Below are positions 61,122-64,000 of a stretch of DNA of 64,000 nucleotides, in pieces. The DNA comes from Roseobacter sp. Lineage in GTDB: Bacteria > Pseudomonadota > Alphaproteobacteria > Rhodobacterales > Rhodobacteraceae. Made by a program: the position numbers and the translations under genes. Below the pieces are notes generated by a model. It was not told the DNA's origin. It did not search any database and saw only the letters and a program-made list of their open reading frames with translations. The DNA lies in the NCBI GenBank assembly GCA_045105195.1, contig JBGCDG010000040.1, positions 9,930 to 73,929 of the forward strand. Direction: 5' to 3'. How positions within the stretch are numbered: position 1 is the first letter of the stretch; each line of letters starts with the position of its first letter.

Positions 61122-61213
61122 TCTGGTCCTCGCCTTTTTTCTTGCGTGCGTTCGCATTTCGAACGCGTCCCTCTTACCCAATTATGAAGCGCTGGCACGG
61201 GAGTTTCCACCCC

Positions 61214-61236
61214 AAAAAACAGTCCGTTACGGACCT
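61214..61236 (-). terminator. Rho-independent terminator after trkH
   Basis: On the minus strand it reads GTCCG-TAA-CGGAC followed by TGTTTTTTGG, 15-35 nt downstream of the trkH stop. Confidence 0.55.
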
Positions 61237-61250
61237 TTCTGCCCCAAACC

Positions 61251-62804
61251 TCAGCTCCGCCACACATCTGGGGTCAAAAGTGCGATAATTGCAAGCGTTT
61301 CCAGCCGGCCTAAAACCATCGCAGCGCAGAAAACAGACTTGGCATATGGGCCCATCTCGGCCAGGCTGATCGGGGTTTCGGTGGCAAAATTGATAAGCGG
61401 CCCCGTTGTCGAGAGACCGGCGATGCTCAGAACCAGCGCATCCTCAAAATCCACGCCCAACAGGGTCAAAAGTAACGTCACAACGGCCATCGTCAGCGCA
61501 AAAAGCATAAAGAAGATCCACGCGATAAACGCGCCATTCCGCTGCAAACGTCTGCTGTCTTTGCCCGCGCGGTTGATCGAGGAGGGATGTACCAGCCGCT
61601 CCAACTCGCGCTTTCCGTTGAGATAAAGCGCAAAAACCCGCAACAGTTTTACCCCACCAGCCGTCGTTGCCACGCCCCCCCCAATCAACGCCAACCCCAT
61701 CAAAACCAAGCCGGATGTCTGCAATCCTGACCACGCTTGCGCGTCTGCCCAGTCAGAACTTGCAAACCCTGTAGTCGTCAGAAAGGACATAACCGTAAAG
61801 AAGCTTCCCCAAAGCGCGCTAAACGCCATGGCGACGTTGTTTTCTGCCGCAACATCAAAAGCGCCGAGCCAATGTCTCAAGAACAAAATCAGCGGGACAC
61901 CGACGATGATGATCAGCCCGAGACGAAATTCAGGGTCACTGAAGATATTACTTTGAGTGGCACGCACCGTATCCGTTGAGAACGTAAGCCTCGACAGAGC
62001 AAAAAGCATGAAGAGCATCATCAGAGCCTCACCGGTTACGCCTGAGCCACTGCCCTCGAGCCCGCCGACGGGGGAAATTCCCGAAGTCGACATAATCGAC
62101 ATTGCATGGCTCAACGCCACCAGCGAAGTATCGCCGCTGATCAACAGCAAAATCCACAACAACACAGTGAGACCAAGATAGATCGGCAATAAAGCACTGA
62201 GGATTCGCATCAGACGCGCGCGCGGATCGGTGCGGCCAATCATGCTGAACTTGCTTTCGCGCTGCCCGGGTTCGGCCTGCGCCGTAACCTCAAAGCCGCC
62301 CAAATTGAGTGGCGCCAAGACCGCAGATGCCGCAACCCACATCACAAGCCCGCCCATCCAACCGACCTGTGCACGCCAAAGATGCATCGTGTTGTCGAGC
62401 CGGGACGGGTCGTCAAAAACAGTGGCACCCGTTGTGGTGATCGCGCTCACCATTTCAAGGTAAGCATTGAGATAGCTGGTCGTTTGCAGGCTTTCATAAA
62501 GGGGCAAAGCCAGAAAAGCTGGCAGAAACACGAAAGTCGCAAAAACAGATAAAAGATTGCCCACAGCACCGTGTCGCGGTTTACGGCCCGCTTGTGCAAT
62601 TGCGATCATCAGAAAAATGACCATACCAAAGAGACCGGTGTAGAAAAAGGCGCGCGCCGTATCCAATGACCGGCTCGCGCCGCCATGCAGGGCTGGTATG
62701 ATCATGGAAAGCGAAGCTGCGCCGTAAATCAGCACAAAGAGCTGCTGGTTCAACAAGGCCGCCACAACCGAGCGGCGCGGCACTGAGTGAGCGGGGCGCG
62801 CCAT
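61251..62804 (-). CDS. trkH: Trk-type potassium uptake protein TrkH
   Basis: 517 aa, polytopic, with repeated M1-P-M2 units carrying selectivity-filter Gly motifs (TTTGAT, STSGIS, TTGFAS, STTGP). Confidence 0.9.
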   Translation of the reverse strand: MARPAHSVPRRSVVAALLNQQLFVLIYGAASLSMIIPALHGGASRSLDTARAFFYTGLFGMVIFLMIAIAQAGRKPRHGAVGNLLSVFATFVFLPAFLALPLYESLQTTSYLNAYLEMVSAITTTGATVFDDPSRLDNTMHLWRAQVGWMGGLVMWVAASAVLAPLNLGGFEVTAQAEPGQRESKFSMIGRTDPRARLMRILSALLPIYLGLTVLLWILLLISGDTSLVALSHAMSIMSTSGISPVGGLEGSGSGVTGEALMMLFMLFALSRLTFSTDTVRATQSNIFSDPEFRLGLIIIVGVPLILFLRHWLGAFDVAAENNVAMAFSALWGSFFTVMSFLTTTGFASSDWADAQAWSGLQTSGLVLMGLALIGGGVATTAGGVKLLRVFALYLNGKRELERLVHPSSINRAGKDSRRLQRNGAFIAWIFFMLFALTMAVVTLLLTLLGVDFEDALVLSIAGLSTTGPLINFATETPISLAEMGPYAKSVFCAAMVLGRLETLAIIALLTPDVWRS

Positions 62805-62807
62805 GGA

Positions 62808-64000
62808 TCAGAAGAAGTCGATAGAAACTTGCATGAGCCGTTCGACCTCCGGCACGTCTTTGGCCAGCGCAAAAATCGCGACCACATCGCCTTCGTCAAT
62901 GCGGGTACTGCCGAGCGGGCGGATAACGTCCTCCCCCTTGCGGATGGCGCCGACCAGCGCGCCTTCTGGAAATTCGATGTCCGTGATGCGGCTGCCTGCA
63001 AGAGGCGACGTCGAGAGCACTTCGGCTTCGATCACTTCCGCCTCGGCGTCCCCGATGGAATAGACGGCGCGTACGCGACCATGACGAATATGCCGCAGGA
63101 TCGAACTGACCGTCGTTGCGCGAGGGTTGATGTATGCGTCAATGCCGAGCGGTCCCATCAGAGGCACGAGCGTCGGATCATTGATCAGAGCGATCACATA
63201 GGGGCAGCCTTCTGCCTTGGCACGCACGCAGGCGAGCATGTTTGTCTTGTCATCATCTGTAATCGACAGCATGGCATCCGCACGCGCAATCCCGGCTTCG
63301 GCCAACAGGCCCGAATCCAACCCGTCTCCGTTCAAAACAATCGTGCGTTCCAGCGATTCCGCCGCACGTTCGGCACAGACACGACTTTTCTCAATCACTT
63401 TGGTGCGCATGCGTTTGGCACTTTTTTCAAGTGATTGAGCCACCGCAAGGCCGACATTGCCACCACCGACCACAACCAAACGTTCTTGTTTTCTTTGCGC
63501 TTTGCCAAAGATTTCCATCGTGCGCGCGATGTCTTCTACATGGCAGAAAACGTAGCATTCATCTTTGACGAACAGTTGGTCTTTTGCCTCAGGCGAAAAC
63601 AATGTGCCCTCGCGCCGCACACCGACAACCGTGGCACGCAGGGTCGAAAACAAATCTGTAAGCTGTCGCAATGGTGTGTTCACCACAGGACAATCTTCGT
63701 CGATCGAGATGCCCAGCAGTTGTGACTGTCCGTCCATAAAGACTTCGGTGTCAAACGCTGCGGGCGCCGCAAGCCGCTGTAACGCGGCGGCTGCAACTTC
63801 GCGTTCGGGGCTGATCACCACGTCTATGGGCATATGATCGCGCCGGTAGATGTCAGAGTAAATCGCTTCGAGGTAGGACTGGCTGCGGACCCGCGCGACT
63901 TTTCTGTTCACACCAAAGACGGAATGGGCCACTTGGCAGGTCACCATATTGACTTCGTCCGAGTGGGTCGCGGCGATAATCATTTCTGCATCTTTGGCCC
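62808..64000 (-). CDS. trkA: Trk system NAD-binding protein TrkA, 5' end beyond window
   Basis: The frame is open to the window edge. It contains tandem RCK_N/RCK_C domains (VVVGGGNVGLAVAQSL) and stops 3 nt before the trkH start. Confidence 0.9.
   Translation of the reverse strand, partial: AKDAEMIIAATHSDEVNMVTCQVAHSVFGVNRKVARVRSQSYLEAIYSDIYRRDHMPIDVVISPEREVAAAALQRLAAPAAFDTEVFMDGQSQLLGISIDEDCPVVNTPLRQLTDLFSTLRATVVGVRREGTLFSPEAKDQLFVKDECYVFCHVEDIARTMEIFGKAQRKQERLVVVGGGNVGLAVAQSLEKSAKRMRTKVIEKSRVCAERAAESLERTIVLNGDGLDSGLLAEAGIARADAMLSITDDDKTNMLACVRAKAEGCPYVIALINDPTLVPLMGPLGIDAYINPRATTVSSILRHIRHGRVRAVYSIGDAEAEVIEAEVLSTSPLAGSRITDIEFPEGALVGAIRKGEDVIRPLGSTRIDEGDVVAIFALAKDVPEVERLMQVSIDFF

Noticed and set aside
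61188-61204. Sigma-54-like TGGCAC-N5-TTTCC element between hfq and trkH.
   Set aside because: It is on the plus strand and points antisense into trkH, away from hfq. Its -12 element is imperfect (TTTCC rather than TTGC), so it is probably a chance match.

Overview
This window reads as a compact, moderately GC-rich alphaproteobacterial chromosomal core. It most resembles Rhodobacterales (roseobacter group); that placement is inferred from protein sequence character, a GTTC-N7-GTTC SOS box at recA, TTAA-N7-TTAA CtrA-type boxes, and Usg, DUF6356-like and DmdB-like genes. I can support about 58 protein-coding genes and one tRNA-Gly(CCC). Recognised genes include icd, typA, alaS, recA, a CckA-like hybrid kinase, guaB, zwf-pgl-pgi, gyrA, ctaA, psuK-psuG, bdhA, mfd, hemB, hfq-hflX and trkH-trkA. 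I saw no transposase, integrase, prophage, CRISPR array or recognisable defence or toxin cassette, so there is no convincing multi-gene novel system and the window is mostly housekeeping. What the genes do not explain is small-scale. (1) Four TTTGCAAA palindromes are phased about 21 bp apart in an AT-rich patch just after the tRNA. (2) A promoter + two-hairpin + U-tract unit between bdhA and a peptide-binding-protein gene looks like an unannotated sRNA of about 80 nt. (3) The recA/cckA spacer is structured and carries an orphan plus-strand terminator. (4) A HupE/UreJ-type and a CbiK-like (DUF4198) gene are divergent and their ATG codons overlap (CATG). (5) A RACo/RamA-like 2Fe-2S/ASKHA activase is translationally coupled to a SAM methyltransferase with no corrinoid partner nearby. 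(6) Two perfect CtrA boxes both lie in 5' regions, one in front of the CckA-like gene. (7) Several convergent gene pairs have stop codons 0-5 nt apart. Motif coordinates were read by eye and may be off by 1 nt.
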